In this document: positions 1 to 14,932 of the stretch, piece by piece | How positions within the stretch are numbered: the stretch's first letter is position 1 | Layout: each line of letters starts with the position of its first letter | Assembly (NCBI GenBank): GCA_012295275.1 | Contig: CM022670.1 | Location: 32,116,001 to 32,180,000 of the forward strand | Direction: 5' to 3' | DNA from: Chrysomallon squamiferum | Lineage: Eukaryota; Animalia; Mollusca | DNA: 64,000 nt | The notes under the pieces: generated by a model | The model's input: the letters and a program-made list of their open reading frames with translations, nothing else | Database searches by the model: none | Told to the model about the DNA's origin: nothing | Translations under genes and position numbers: made by a program

Positions 1-12
1 GAAAGCACGTAC

Positions 13-35
13 CTTTTCTGTAATAAAGAGATTAT
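13..35 (-). other. Candidate 23-nt microexon (ATAATCTCTTTATTACAGAAAAG)
   Basis: Acceptor tatcctgtttcag (38-36) and donor AAG|gtacgt (12-7). Confidence 0.5.
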
Positions 36-2706
36 CTGAAACAGGATATTATGTGAAGGTACAATGTAACTAAAAAACAATACCAGTGACCTAGAACTTA
101 TTGTACAGAATGGAAGCAAATCAAAATAATGATACAGATCTGAGATCAAAAACATCTTCATAGATGGATGTGCACACTAAAGAGCATTTGAGTATAATTT
201 GTGAAACAATCTAAATGAAGACATTAAAAATCTTACAGTGAAAATCTTGGAATTTATAACAGCAACTATATTGAAATAATCAACATTAAGGACACACTTT
301 AGTGGTTTGTTTTTGTTTTTTGTACAGCAAATCCTGTAAGCCCTATGGACATTAATGTAACCTAAAGTTCAAGGTGTTTTTTTTCTGCTAGTCAATAGAA
401 TCAGCAGAGCAGAGAGAAAGTGTGGGAAAAAAACGGAATAGAATTCCTGGCAATATTTACAGCAGATGGAAGAAATGGCCAGTGGCAATGTTTATATACC
501 TTAACAAAATTAGGCTGGTCAATTGTTAAAACATGACCCCAAGCCAAAGCATTCCATGGGGATGTGGTCCTTCTGAAAGGGTCATCAATGGTCAACATTA
601 AAGACCATCCTTTATTTTAATTGCATGAGAACTAGGTTTCCAGGTCCATGTCAGTCTTTGAAACCATAATTTAGAATAACCCTCAAAGCAGAACCAATGT
701 TCAATAGTACTTCAGACAGTATGTTTAGAATCTGATGCAGACTCTTTCAAATGTGGTAGTAATGTAAAATAAACCCAGCATTTTCCAGAATGTTTATTTT
801 GCATACCTTCTGCCTTTAAAATACAAAACAAAGCTCAGTTCAGCCTTTAGAATAATGAATGTAATTAGTGTAACACTAAATTAGTTTTAAACAGATCAAA
901 AGCAAAGTTTGCATTAAGAATATATAGGATTAGCTTTAATAAACCATTGATTCATTAGTTTATTTTCAAGTTTCAAGGCCAAAATCATAGGTCTTGTATA
1001 AATGAAAGTGGAGTTAATTAAAAATTGTTTGCTGGAATTAAGGAATGCTAATGGAAAAGAAATGAAAATAAGAGAATTTTTTTTATTATTATTTCGTAGA
1101 AAACAAGAAATCAAATGGAATTTTCTGTAAAACTCAGCACTTCATTAATTAGCACATGTAATGTTTAAGGTATAAGGTATTACATAAAAATAAAAAGCTT
1201 TGTCAAAAACTTAATATCATATTATGCTTAGTTTATGAAAAAAAATATTTAATAATAATAATAATATAATAGCAATCTTAATACTAAAAGTAAGCATCTT
1301 ATTTTACTATATTCTTCATAAAGATTAAAATGTGAACAAAGAAACAAAATCAACATTTTGTTTCAAACTGTTGACAAACCAATCTTCTTACAGAGTCAAA
1401 CATTATCTGAAGATGAAATCTCTGATTACCTTATTGAGTCAGTGATGCAAAACTTCACGAATGGATGGCCAATACACTACATTTCTTTTGTTTTATACAC
1501 CAGGGATTTCAGTAATAAAATCATAGTTAGGTAACCAAGTCAAACATGTTCAAATCCTGAGGGTTTTTTCTATTAAAAAATATCCCCAAAAATTACTTAA
1601 TAATTAATAACATTTATTTGTAATTCTTGATCAAAGTATTATATATTAACCAAAAGAATAACATTAATAAATTTGAAAAAATAAAAAAAAATAAAAATTT
1701 AAAATTATTTTTAAAACAAATTAAATAATTTTTAATTTTTTTTTTTTTTTTTTTTTTTTTTTACCAAACTCTACTTTTATTCTTCATAAAATTTAAGAAT
1801 TCTTTTTTGCAATGTCAGATTTTACATAGATGAAAACAATTTCTGAAAAGTTTCTGCTGTATCAACAGTTTCACTTTGCATTATTATCTGTGTGCCAGCT
1901 CTCTGCTAACATGACAACAGTAGACCTGGTTTTTGTACATCTATTCTCAGCCAGACTATTTATGTGGCAAGGTAAACAGTGATAAATTTTCCTTCCCTTT
2001 CTCCCCCATCTTCTAATGCAGGCAGATGGTTCCTATATGTTAATGTGACCTTCACTTGTGAACTTTTGTGGATTGCATCATCAAACAGGGAGATTCTGTC
2101 ATTATCAAGTATGTAAGGCCTCATCGCATTTCATACAGAATCCAGACTTTTTCAAACTTCTTGTCAGTAGTTAGAAGAAAACCAGTAGACTTTGTCTGCA
2201 CATATAATTAACAGCTATCTGTTTCATGTTCTTTTAAATTAATTATAAACACTGAGTCAGGAAAGATTTTTTTCTCTCATTATTTAAAACAAATAAAAAA
2301 AATAAAGATAAAAACCCTACAAAAACTAGAATATGAAAACAAAATAAACAATCCCAGCAAAACAGCCTTCCAAAAAAATACTAATAAAATAAAAATAAAT
2401 AAAACTTGAAAGAAAAAAGAAAAATCCAGAAAAACAAAAATACATAAAACCAATAAAAACAACTATGACAAAACAGCCACATCAACAACAAAAATGATAT
2501 CTTTTTTTAATTTTCAAATGATTTTTTTTTTTTGTACCCTTTTATTTCTCCACAATTTAAATTGTTATTAGGTATTTAATAACAGCATTTCCTTTCAACT
2601 AAAAGGCCATGTTGCTGTCAAAATTTATGATCAGTGAAAACACTTGCAAAAAATTTCTGGTGAAAGAAAATACCAAACATAGATGGTTTATATTGTGAAA
2701 ATTAAA

Positions 2707-2768
<62 letters not shown>
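2707..2768. repeat. (AAT)n microsatellite within an A-rich low-complexity tract
   Basis: Directly visible; source of the poly-I, poly-L and poly-Y ORFs. Confidence 0.98.
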
Positions 2769-2771
<3 letters not shown>

Positions 2772-5513
2772 TAATAATGATAAAATAATAAAAAAAAAAA
2801 CAAAAAAACAAATAAAATATAATAAAATAAAATAAAATAAAAATAAATAAATAAAAATAAAATAAATAAAATAAATATATAAAAATAAAAATACAAAAAT
2901 CCAATAAAATAACATAATGCAAGTCATTACCATGTGATCAACATAATGTATCCATTCAACCATAAAACAGTGCACAGCCTTTTCCATTAAAGTGAACAGT
3001 TGTTGCATATCAAAACAAAAAATAAACTTTACCTGAGTGTTGTGCTATAAATGCTGCTTGCCTCAGCCTAGTGTAAGCAGTACTATATTTAACCAATGTT
3101 ACAGGTATATTTTCAGTGATTACATCTTACTGATTTTTATCGGTTGCTAACATCATCTTCTCAAATGTTTACCTGAGCAATGAATGAAATGTAAACATAT
3201 AGTGGTTTAGGTTAAGCTGGATATTAAATTGTAAGAAGAATATACATTTAGAATTTCTTTTCTTTTATATTACCCTTTATTTATTTTTAAAAAATATTTT
3301 TATTTTTCATGGTTCTAATTGACAGCCAATACTTAAAGAAATGTATTCATTAATCTGATTTAAATAACATTATTAATTAATTAATTACTGTTTTACCTTT
3401 TTCACCCAGTTTTAAACATCTTTAACACATTAAATTTGAATTTTAAAAGAAAAAGAAACAAAAGAATGTATTCATTTTATATCTTCACATACAGTATTCA
3501 AGACTATTTGATGGTTATTTTAAAAGTTAATAAAAATAAATAATAAATAATCAACAGAATTCAATAAACAGAATATTATGGTGAAACATTTTTAAATATA
3601 TACATTTTGTAGTAAACAGAGGAAACAGTGTACTGTTTCACATGATAACAGTAATGGCAGAAATGAAATTTTGTTTTATTTTGATGCATATTAAAGCACT
3701 AATACACATTTCATCATGATATATAAAAAATAAATTTGTGTACTTTCACAGTTATTAATAAAAAAAATAAAAGCGAATATATTGCCTAACATAATAATAA
3801 CCAAAACATTAATTTACATCAGATTATGACTTTATATACATAGATAGTATTTAGAAAGATATTAATGAATGCTAATAAAAGAATAAAGGTGTTGTATGTG
3901 TGTAACATGGCAACAGCTGTACGGACTGACGTCGCCAGTGGGTACACTTGAGAGTAGGTCACATCTACACCCCAGACAGCAGCTGCTAGGGTGGCACGCG
4001 TCACCAGCAGCTGATAAATAAAAAAGTGTCGATCAAAAGCAGTCTTTTCTTTGTCTGTATGTACTTACACAACACAACGCTAACAGTGATCTTTATGAAA
4101 GGGCTGACACACCCATGTTAACATATGGCTAGTTAATAATGAATAGGGTCACATGGTAGAAGTAAAGAACCAATGTCAGTGACACAGTGGTTGAGATGTA
4201 TACTTTAAGGCAGACAGATAGCGGGATCTCATTTCAGCAGAGGTTCAAGATTCTAATACTGACTTGGATAGACAGTCTACATGTGTCTAACAACTGCTTA
4301 ATCTAATTTGCTTGCTATAACTTTCTATGTTGAAATGAAGTAATAAAATAGTTTTCAGTTACGTTAAAATTATGTTAATTGTTAAAGAAAGTTAAAATAT
4401 AACTTCACTATAGCTTGTTCTAATTAGCATATTAAAACTTTCCCAAACCAACTAAAATAATTACATAATCTCCCAATACATTATTGATATGCTGCATATT
4501 CTAGAAAGTTCTGAAAAGTTTCTAAAAAATATTATAGTTTTTTCTCATCAGCATGTTAAAGCTTATCCATTATATGTAACATGTTAAAAGTAAATTACAG
4601 AAAATTCTAGTTTTGATTGTTAATAATTCTGTAGGTTGCTGATATAAAACCAACAACAACAACGAAAATAATAAAATAAAATTATATTAAAAATTTAGAA
4701 ATTTACTTGCTAATTACTATGTCCTAATGAATACTAATTTGTGTGAAATAATTAAATCTGATGGTGTAACTGAGATTACATAGCTAAAACATTAGCAGCC
4801 AAATCATTAAAGACAGAAGTAAGAAAAAAACCCAAAGAGGCATTTAGAATTTTCCAGAACTTTCTTTAAAGTGGCATACACTTGTCCAATTATGTAAAAT
4901 TAGCACTGTCTGACAAGCACATTAATTGTCTAATATTTGTTCTTTGCCGAAAAAGGCTCCAGGAATTACAATGTTCTTAATATTGGTGACATGCTTGGAA
5001 TCATGTCCTGTTTGCTCAAAGTCAACATGTGAAAAGGGAAAATTTTAATCAATATAAATTCTACAGCAGGGATGAAATCGCAGCTCCAGAACTGTGTGAA
5101 AAACTGCACGTGTGTCTGCACACAATGGAAACAACTCAGCACGTGCGTTCGGTTGCCTGACATCAATAGAAAAGACTATGGTCATTGATTTTTAGAAATT
5201 CTGTTTTATCCAAAAGTATTAGAGTGTTGTGACACTGTGTGGAAAAAGAAAATACAAAATTGTCCTTTGGTCATGTGGAAAAAAGGGTCACCGTAATTAA
5301 TCAGTATTGTAACTTTTAATCAATCCTTTAATAAATAGTTAATATTTTTATAAAATTCACAAAATTCTAATTTGTACTCTGTGGGCAGATGGAAGCAACT
5401 GGGTTCATGGGAAAATATTTTGTTTTGTGATATTTAAAAAATTAAAAATTAGTTTTGATCCTGAATTTGAAATACAAGAATATAACGATTTTGTGGTTTG
5501 AGTGTGTGTTTGA

Positions 5514-5515
<2 letters not shown>

Positions 5516-5548
<33 letters not shown>
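5516..5548. repeat. (GT)n microsatellite
   Basis: Directly visible. Confidence 0.97.
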
Positions 5549-5549
<1 letters not shown>

Positions 5550-8500
5550 CTGTGTCTGTGTGTATATACATGTCCTTGTTTGTGCAAGTGCATGTATTGT
5601 GCATTCAAATATTGTTAATCAGTCAAAACATTTTAAAATAATTATTCTATTCTCAGGTATAGCCAAACATTAATTAATATGAACCTCCACCAAGACAATA
5701 ATGTTTTTACCAGTAACTTCTGAATTATGAAGATCAAAATTTATTTTTATAGATAAAATTCAAGGAAACATTAAAATTAATTTACCTCTTAGTAAGATTT
5801 AATGTTATGTAACAGTCATTACACCCAAATTTTATCTAATTCATGTTTACAGGTTAACTACATGGAAAGGTAAATTTAATTAAGCCAATACATCTCAATC
5901 AAATGAAAGGGAAATGACAGGTGTCTGGTAGAAGTGGCCTTAGGTATGCTGAAATTATGAACACTAGACACCTGCACACCTACAGGTAAATCTAAGGTAA
6001 TGAAAGAGAGCTTTTAAAGCTCGAATGCAACCTGGTGTAGTGAAAACAGATATATACATCATCCTTGACATGTTGTGAATGTTGATGTTTTGTCTACTTA
6101 TGTTTTGTGTTTCTGATAGCAATAATGTACCTCTCATATAATACATTGTTATTTGGAATAAAAGTGTAATCTGAGTAATATAAATCGTTATTTATCTTAC
6201 TTTTAATTATTTAAAATGAAAAAGATATTGAAATCCAGTTTACATACACACATAAAGACATATATGCACACACAGAGACAAGCATATGCAAACATACACA
6301 CATACCAAGCTCACATACACAGATGAAAAAAGAAAAAGAGAATTGGAAAGAAAGCCAGAGAGTTAAAGCACTGGCCTAATAAATAACAGGATGTAGGATC
6401 AATCCCCATTAACGCATCCTTTAATCCTTGCCACTTCCTGACAACTGGGTTTTCAAAGGACTGAGTTACACTGGTGTGAAAATACACATAAACTGTCATC
6501 AAATTCTTTACTGTTATCAAATTACAAATAATTTTCCATCTGGTGGCAGCAGGTTTCCTCTCTGATATCATCATTACATAAACATATGCTGAGGTGTCAT
6601 TACACAAAGTCAATTATTCATTCATTTACATATACGAATATCCCACAAGGTTTACTGACCTTTCACTAGACACTGTTTATTTGGAAACTTTAAGTTAACA
6701 AAAATTGTTGAGTTTATTTTACATGTCCCTAGTACAACAGCAGTATCCAGAAAGATACAAATGCATATACAAAATTACAATATTCAGTCTTATGAAAATG
6801 TATACAATGGTTTCAAGTAATTTTGTGATATCATAAAACCAAATTATTAAAATTTGACCAAAAAACAAATCTTGCAATATTCATAAATATCAGACAATAA
6901 AAATATCTTCTTTAACATGTAATTTATATGCAAAAATGTTAAATTTGTAATACTGATAATAATAATAACAACAGATTGTTTTCCGACACAAGAACATGTA
7001 CTTTCCAAGGACATGCTATGTCTGAAATGACATGATACACATAATCACTTACTTATAATAAAACCCATTTCACATTAATACTAAACAAACACGGACAAAC
7101 ATTGACTAAAACTGCATTGTGTTAACAACATATAGTAATTAAATGCTTCCATCATCTTAGCTGTGATGGCTGACATCACGAAAGAGAAATAAATTAGAGT
7201 ACAAGCTGATCACCTGTAGCTGTGATTTGTCACAAAGTCACATCTCCAAATTAACACCTTTCTACAGGTAAACATCTCAGTGAGACCCACCTGGTAACAA
7301 ACAGGTGTGATTTTGTTGCAACCAATGTTTGTCTATCTAATACACCTCATTTTTATTCTTAAAAGAAGTTATGAAGTTTAGTATTGCTAATGCACTTTTT
7401 CTTTAATAAATAAAACAAATTTATAAAAAAATTAAAAATTAATAATGCTATAAATAAGGATTACTATTAACCTAAAACAGTACCTAAATTTCAAAATGTT
7501 ATTTTATTTTTTATAAAGACCTTAATATTTTTCCCTTTGATTACCCACCAACCAAATCTTTCATTTTTGATGTATCAAATTCCTGGTATGTGCTTTCCTG
7601 TTGGAAAGATTATTTAAAACATCTGATTCTGCTAAGTAAAAATAGTATTCTCTTCTTCACATTTTACAATCACAGAATGTTGTCTATTTTATCATAGCAG
7701 TTTTTCACTAATTTAACCAGTTCTGATCACCAGATTACCAATGCTGTACTTTATACTTTTAACTTTATGGCAGGGTACATATAAAAAATCACTCACTCCT
7801 AACAGTTGTGGGTTTTAGATGAATACACTGATATAAAATGTGTTTTCTTTCAACTGGTATCACGTTCAGATTGTAATGAACATCCATCAAAACTACAGTA
7901 TTTTATGATATGATATAAGATTACAGGAAAGAAAACTGAAGAGCTGGCTTGAATGGGAGGTAACCCAATAGTCTGCTGTTTCTACTGGCAGACATAACTT
8001 TTTCTGAATTATCAGTGTAAATATTTCCAACATAGAAAAAAATGAGTTAATATCCAGAAAGACTAAATAACAGATTTCAAACCATTTCTTTTAGTTCCAA
8101 GTCCACTTTTGGTAGCTGGTTTTCTTCTTATATCCATATTAAAAACACTGAATCAACACAAATAGTGATTTTTTTTGTTTTTTGTTAAAGTGCTTGATTT
8201 CATTTCAGTGTTGACATAAATGACAGTTTTATATTAAATGATCAAGAAAGGCATTATGACAACACTTTGTAAGTATATTAATATACACTTTGACTTATTG
8301 TTTTTCCCCTTGTACATATTTGAAATATTCAGGTTTTAAAAACTGTATAGGCATAGATCTTCATACTAAACAGGAAATAAAAACTAGAGCATTGGTAAAA
8401 GCAATTTGAATAACAATACATTCTTTTCCTATTTCTATATTCCAACAACATATTATAAAGAAATAAAAAATACAAAAATAAACACAGAATGAAAAAAAAA

Positions 8501-9769
8501 GCAAATATCGTACGTTTAAAATAAACTGACAGAACAAATCTAGGCAGTATAAAAAAATGTGTATTACTCTGCCACACAACAATAAAACGAGGACAAACGT
8601 GTAATTACCATATATATTACATACATTCATTAACATAAACTTTATATATACATACAACATGTCTTTCACAAACAGTAATAGCCAGTATTATGCATGCAAT
8701 TTATGTTCTGGAAACATATAATGTTTTTACTAACACTATGCAAGATATAATTTGGTTTAGCTTTCTCGCTGTCTATTGTCAAGGCTGGTGATAATACAAG
8801 AATCTTCTAGCTTCAGATATATGGCTATTTACTTTACAAGAAGAGAATACTGGTATAATGATATAATAATTTTTAAAATAAGATGTACCTGTTCTCTATT
8901 TAGTAATTTGTATCATTTATGTGTTTGACCTTCACCAGTAAATTGTTTTGAACAATATACTGCATTACACAACAGATTAAAAAAAAGAAACAAAAGCTAA
9001 CATATGTTATATCAGGTCAGTTCATTCTGTTATACACTAATATAAAAACAATATGTATTTTGGCTTATTTCAGTTACTTGAATAATTTATTTAAAAAATA
9101 AATAAAATAAAATAAAAAAATAAAAATGAAAGTTTTTGAAACTGCAGATTGAGTAATAATATTTAAAACTTTTAAAATTATTTTGTTAATATTGTATTTC
9201 AATAATTTAAACAAAATAATAATTACAGTATGATGAAACTTTATATATATTGAAACTTTTATTATGACACAAAGGTAAAATGTAATAAAAGAAAGAATTT
9301 TTAAAGATATATTTTAATACACAAATAAAGATACTTGAGAATCTGAGAGTTTAAACTTTTTTCATTCTAAATTTTTAAAAATGAAAATATTCGCAGCCAT
9401 TAAATCAATATGTTTGTCAATACATAAAAATGTATACCATTTTTTGCAGGTGCAATTAGTTAGGCAACATCTTGTGATCTAAATACAGCCTGTCCAATTA
9501 TGCGAACTGAACCAGCTGGCTTGACATGCAGAACAAATGCAATATAGCTTTTTAAACATTTAACAGTGTGTTGTGAAAGGAGCAAGGTCATGTCAAGTTG
9601 ACTTGGATCAGGTAGTAATCAGCTAGTGATTAGAAAAAAATGTCGATACTGTGATGTCAGATCTAAAAATGTTGGTCACATTTTTGTTTAAATTTTCTGC
9701 ATTATAAGTCTGTTACATTTGTGCTACCAAGAAGAAATTAATGGTTCTGAAATTACTTTAAAAAAATAA

Positions 9770-10050
9770 ATGAATGTATATTTAACAACAATGGCAATAT
9801 AGTATTGAATTTACAGTTAGTCCATTATATTTCTATTTCATAATATTAGAAATGAAATCCACTATCATTACTTCATAAGCTTTCCTTTTTGATTAGCAAG
9901 AAGGAATCTACTGTAAGTACCTTTTCATATTCAGGTATGGCCACTGATGAACAAGCTGTATGGTACTGAAAAGAATAGAACAAAAGCCAAAAAGGCAGCC
10001 TTAGAAGGACTGATCCTATATCCTATGACTCTAACCTATCCAGCCCCTTC
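9770..10050 (-). mobile_element. Highly decayed SINE-like relic; related fragments at ~6350-6440, ~12225-12262, ~22230-22315, ~26690-26760, ~58670-58745
   Basis: Shared short blocks within the window: GGA(C/T)TGATCC at ~10008, ~26722 and reverse-complemented at ~6396; TAGCAAGAAGGAATCT at ~9894 versus CAGCAACAAGATATCT at ~58672. Block order resembles a tRNA-headed gastropod repeat recalled from memory, not verified. Confidence 0.4.
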
Positions 10051-13000
10051 TAAAATTATGTAAGCTGAAAATTCAAAACAGAACTGAGATTCAGGATTTA
10101 GTCACATATTCTGCTGGTCTTTTGTGTTTCTGTGAGAAAAAAATACTGAGATATTACAAATTTACAACTTAGCCATTAACTTAAATTAATATTCTAAAAA
10201 GCTTATGAAATTCAATCAATAGAATATTCAATTGACTGCTATAACTATTAATTTAAAAAAGTCCACAGGCTTTAAAATATTCCTGGAGGTAAATACACTT
10301 GTAAAGCAAATTTCCATTAAAACATTTGCATCTGAAGGCAATCCATCATTTAATGCTGTCTCACTAATCATCCAGACACTAATTGCAAACCCTCTCATGT
10401 TAACCATGCCATTCACATAAGTATCAGCGAGATGAGATGAAACCAATAATTGGCAAAATTGCCCATCAGATTATACTGTTACTACGGTAACTATTGTTGA
10501 TGCAGCATTTTAATTTCCTTTCAGTAGTGGAAAGACGATAATATTTTGTATGGTGTATCATCTAAGAACATTTGCATTTCGGCTCACTGACTGACAGCCA
10601 AACAGTGAGTCAGACAAAACAATAAAAAAAAATAGAAAAAAGGATCTGAAAAGAGAAGCAGAAGACAAAAACACACAATGACCTCCAGCATAAGGATTTT
10701 CCATTTGTTTTATTTTTTCTGATCAATATTCTTGATGACACAGAATTATCACAAGCAAACCTCAGTTGCACTATCAAAGCACAGCAGGTAATTACTATTA
10801 GATTTACAACAGCATTAATAAAGAAAGAAAGTCGAAAATGGCATGTGACATAAAGCCGATATTAATTCATTCAATGCTAGCTTAATTTTTATGTAGCCAA
10901 GTCTTTTACATAAGTCAAACATAATTTGAGAAAGAAAATTAAAAAATATTAATCCAGTTCTGAGCTTTTGAAAAGATAAAACTCTTTTCTCTAAGTAGGT
11001 CTTTAAGATGAAGATGACAACTAAACAAATGTTTGTCATTGTTCATCACTCGGTCATGCTTGACATTTTATTACTCAGTCTTTGTAAACTTTGTGTGCAA
11101 TATCAAAGTGAAATGTTTTATTTTCAACACTGATTATCAACACCTGTATGTTGTTGACAGCTTGTAAAGCATAATTCATTTTGTTTGAAACTTTAATATA
11201 TGCATTTTGTTTTAAATAATCATTATTATTTCAGTCAGATACTTTAACATCAGATGTATATTTGTATTTGCTTTTTTCCCCACCTTTTTTAAAATGAAAT
11301 ATTGAATTCAATATTGAACTATAACATGCCATTAATCAAAAAAAGCTTTAACTCCCTTAACAGGAATTTAAATCATAAATATTCAAATACCAATATCAAA
11401 TTAGCCATTTTGTGACACACTTTTAAGTTTCATAAATATTAAGAACATTGTTTTTTTTGGATTTTTTTTTTTTTAAGTTTCTTTCACAAAGCTTGTTTTT
11501 CAATCTAAATACTTCAGTCTTCTCAATAAAAAAAAAAAGAACTAAAACAAAACAAAAACTACATCAAATTATGTCCACAAGACATCAACACAAGGGAGAT
11601 AACCTTGACACTAAGATGTGTTAATTTGTTACTGGGATAATTGGATTACCGCTAACTAATAACATCACTAGGTGCTCTTCCACAAGAGTTTGCTGCTAGA
11701 GAACCAACAGAAAGATTGCTTCCCAGGAAAATTAGATGCCATTATTTGACAATAGTGTTAACTTCATCTGGAACAAATGGTGAAGAACGAGCAATAAGGA
11801 ATTAAATTCAAAGTTAAAAGACTGGCTAAAGAGATTTATTTCTTCAATAAAAACATTTGATTCAAAGAAATTGCCATGTTGCATTGTTTTTTAGTTTGCT
11901 TCTTAACATTTGTAAAGTCTGTTTATTTTATCATAAAAGAAATATTTAATAACACTAATGATGATGATGGTTATAATTATAAATTTTCATTGAATTTCAA
12001 TATGATTTTATAAGTTATTTCTATGAAATGTTCGCAATACATTATGAAATCTTAAAATATAAAACAGTAAATGGTGACATTTTACAATAATAGCATTATT
12101 TAGTGCAAATATCAATGGCAGCCAGTAGTGTTAGAATCTTAAAAGTAACAATTCTTCTTAAAGCAGGAAAATAATAAATTAACTTTTAACATTACTGAAG
12201 TTTATTTCAATATATTAATGATATTACAGCCAAAAGCCATTGCATCACTTTATGGGCTACTATAGAATTTTAAGAAAAACCTATTTTCCCATAAATAAAA
12301 TTTTAACAAAGCAGTCAGAAGACAATGGCAGGAAAGGCTAACCAGTCAAATCTATGCACTAACAAGAACTGATCCCACAACCCTTTATACCATGACCAGC
12401 GACCTACAGAGCATGGATCTATTTTACTAAAGAATGACTCATCATAAGTGTGGATAAACTGTGACACTAAATATCTTTTTCTAACAGCTTTCTTTAATTC
12501 ATCAAATGCTGTCTGACACTGGATGCCAGCATTATTGACAAGACATGTGCAAAGATGATGATCGTGGATTTCTGCAGAAATAAAACCTCTATTGTATTTT
12601 CCAGTTTCTTTCAAACTGCAGGTCATGTAATCCAAAAAGGGACAATTTTTTTTCTTTATATCCGTGACCAATCTTGTTATCTTTTATTCCAAAAAAAAAA
12701 AAAATAAATAAATAGAAAATGATCCTGCGAAGGTGGACAAGGTAATCAAGTGATTGTCCTGTAAGCAGGTAGATTGTTGGATAACAAATGTTAATGTGTA
12801 ACAACTTTTATCCAGAATTCTAAAACAAACTTTATTATATATAAAGCTCAAAGCAGTTGTCTTTGTGATTCTTTATCAGTAGTGATACATAAAATGAGTT
12901 ATTTCACAGGCAAATACGTTTGCAATTTAGTTAAAATAATATAAAAACATTGGCAAAATAAGAACATTATTTTTTTGTTTAACAGTCAATGGTTTTTTCA

Positions 13001-13482
13001 TTCCATCTGTTTATTCCATCAATCAATTGTTATTAATTTCATTATATCTACTGAATATAATGAATTAAACATAATTTCATTACAGATGAGATGGTTCTTG
13101 TAACAATATCTGGACAGCCACATTCCATTAAACCCTGCTCAAAACTCTTTTCTCATTACATACATAAATTATAAACTGTTTTGATATAACAGAGGGAAAA
13201 TTTGTGAGTGATTTAATTTCAAACAGTGTCTTTCTGATATTCTAATTTACCTAATGTTGATAATTAATTCTCAAACTTTTGTCCCATTTTCACAAATTAC
13301 CTTCTTCTGATTCTCACTCATGCATGTAAAACTACTGAATCATCAGGGATAAAAAAAAAATAAGAAAAAGAAAGTCAAACGTGATCTTATTTATTACTTT
13401 ACCTATTAACTAATGTTGCAGAGGTTTTTGCTGTGTTGTTTAAAAAAGATAATACTAAAAAACACTTAATATGAATCAAAGC

Positions 13483-13522
<40 letters not shown>

Positions 13523-14932
13523 AAAAAAAAATAATGATGATGATGATAATAATAATAATAAAATAAATAAAAAATATCATTCCAGTACAAGCCAGCATTA
13601 ATATCATTAACTATAATCTTCTTAATATTTTTTTTTTTTCAAAATAAATAATATCTGTAAGAAATAAAGAAATGTAATGCTGCTTGGAAACATTTTATGA
13701 TCTTCATAATGAAAATCTTCATTAACAGCAGATGATACGATCGTGTCCAGCCCAGGTGCACAAGATAGGCAGAATCAGTGATGCATAATTACTAACAATG
13801 AGAATATCCTCTCGTTTAGTTTTCTCGTATTCTTCATCAGATTAGAGTGCATCATAACTGAAATCTCCAATAGCTAATGGAGATTATGGACCCTAATTAA
13901 TTTAACTGAATGAAGGCAGGCACTCTCTGTGCAAGTCTCCCCAGGGCCTTGAGGAAATCCAGCAGGATAATAACATGTTTGGTTGACAGCCAAATGTGAA
14001 CATACGATGGGAGTCCACAAAAAATGATGTCATATGAATTGCCTGTGCCTGATCAATGGGTTGTTTTAAAAGTGTCATTTCTGATTGGGTTTGTTGGCCT
14101 ACTACCCACGTGGTTAAAGTTATTACTAGTCTGTATCAGTGATTCACATGAATTTAGATGACAGATGATCTGATATTCAATACAGTTTTCCTTTAAACCA
14201 AAACACTTTGTCACTGCAGTCTCTGGACACTATATGTGACCATTTTAAAATGGAAGCAAAGTTTACAAGACAGTTATTTGTCAAATTAATGTGACAGTTG
14301 ACTGATATTGTTACCCAACATATTCATTTCAGATATTTTAGATTTTTTTACATTTTAAAATTCAAAATTATGTTATTTATTTATTAATTATTATTATTAT
14401 TACTTTTACTATTATTACTACTATTATTATTATTATAATTATTTTTATTTTGATGGCTCAGAATATTTTTTTAAGGAAAAGATAAAAATGAACTAAAATA
14501 ACCTACTGTAATTGCCCACTAAACTACATTTTAGAATATTTCTATCTTCATTAATAGAGTTACATATCTTGTTTTAAAGTGTTTTATTTATATACATATA
14601 TATATATATATAATTTTTTTTTTTTGAATGTTTGTTTTATTTTACTTTGTTTTCATTTAATTTTAGTAGTAGCAATACTTTTAATTACATCATTCATGGA
14701 GACACTTTCAAAACGTGTGAATTAATTTGGATTTGATTAATTTTTCTTTATATATATGCCTACATGTGTTTATTTACACATAAAATAAATACTAAGTTAA
14801 TTTGAATTTAATTTTTCTACATTTAATCTTTTAATTAAAATTTTTTTTTTTTTTTTTTTTACAATATTAATTATACTTTTTATCAGTTTCAAGTTAAATA
14901 GAATTTTTTTATTACTTTGCTGATCAAGCCTA

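Noticed and set aside
2280-3008. Hydrophobic or homopolymeric ORFs (poly-I, poly-L, poly-Y); similar ones at 8329-8669, 13399-13590, 15932-16198, 53532-53750
   Set aside because: Translations of A-rich low-complexity tracts and (AAT)n microsatellites; no family resemblance.
12315-12804. 118-aa and 71-aa minus-strand ORFs
   Set aside because: No recognisable domain or consistent splice sites; overlap a motif-rich non-coding island.
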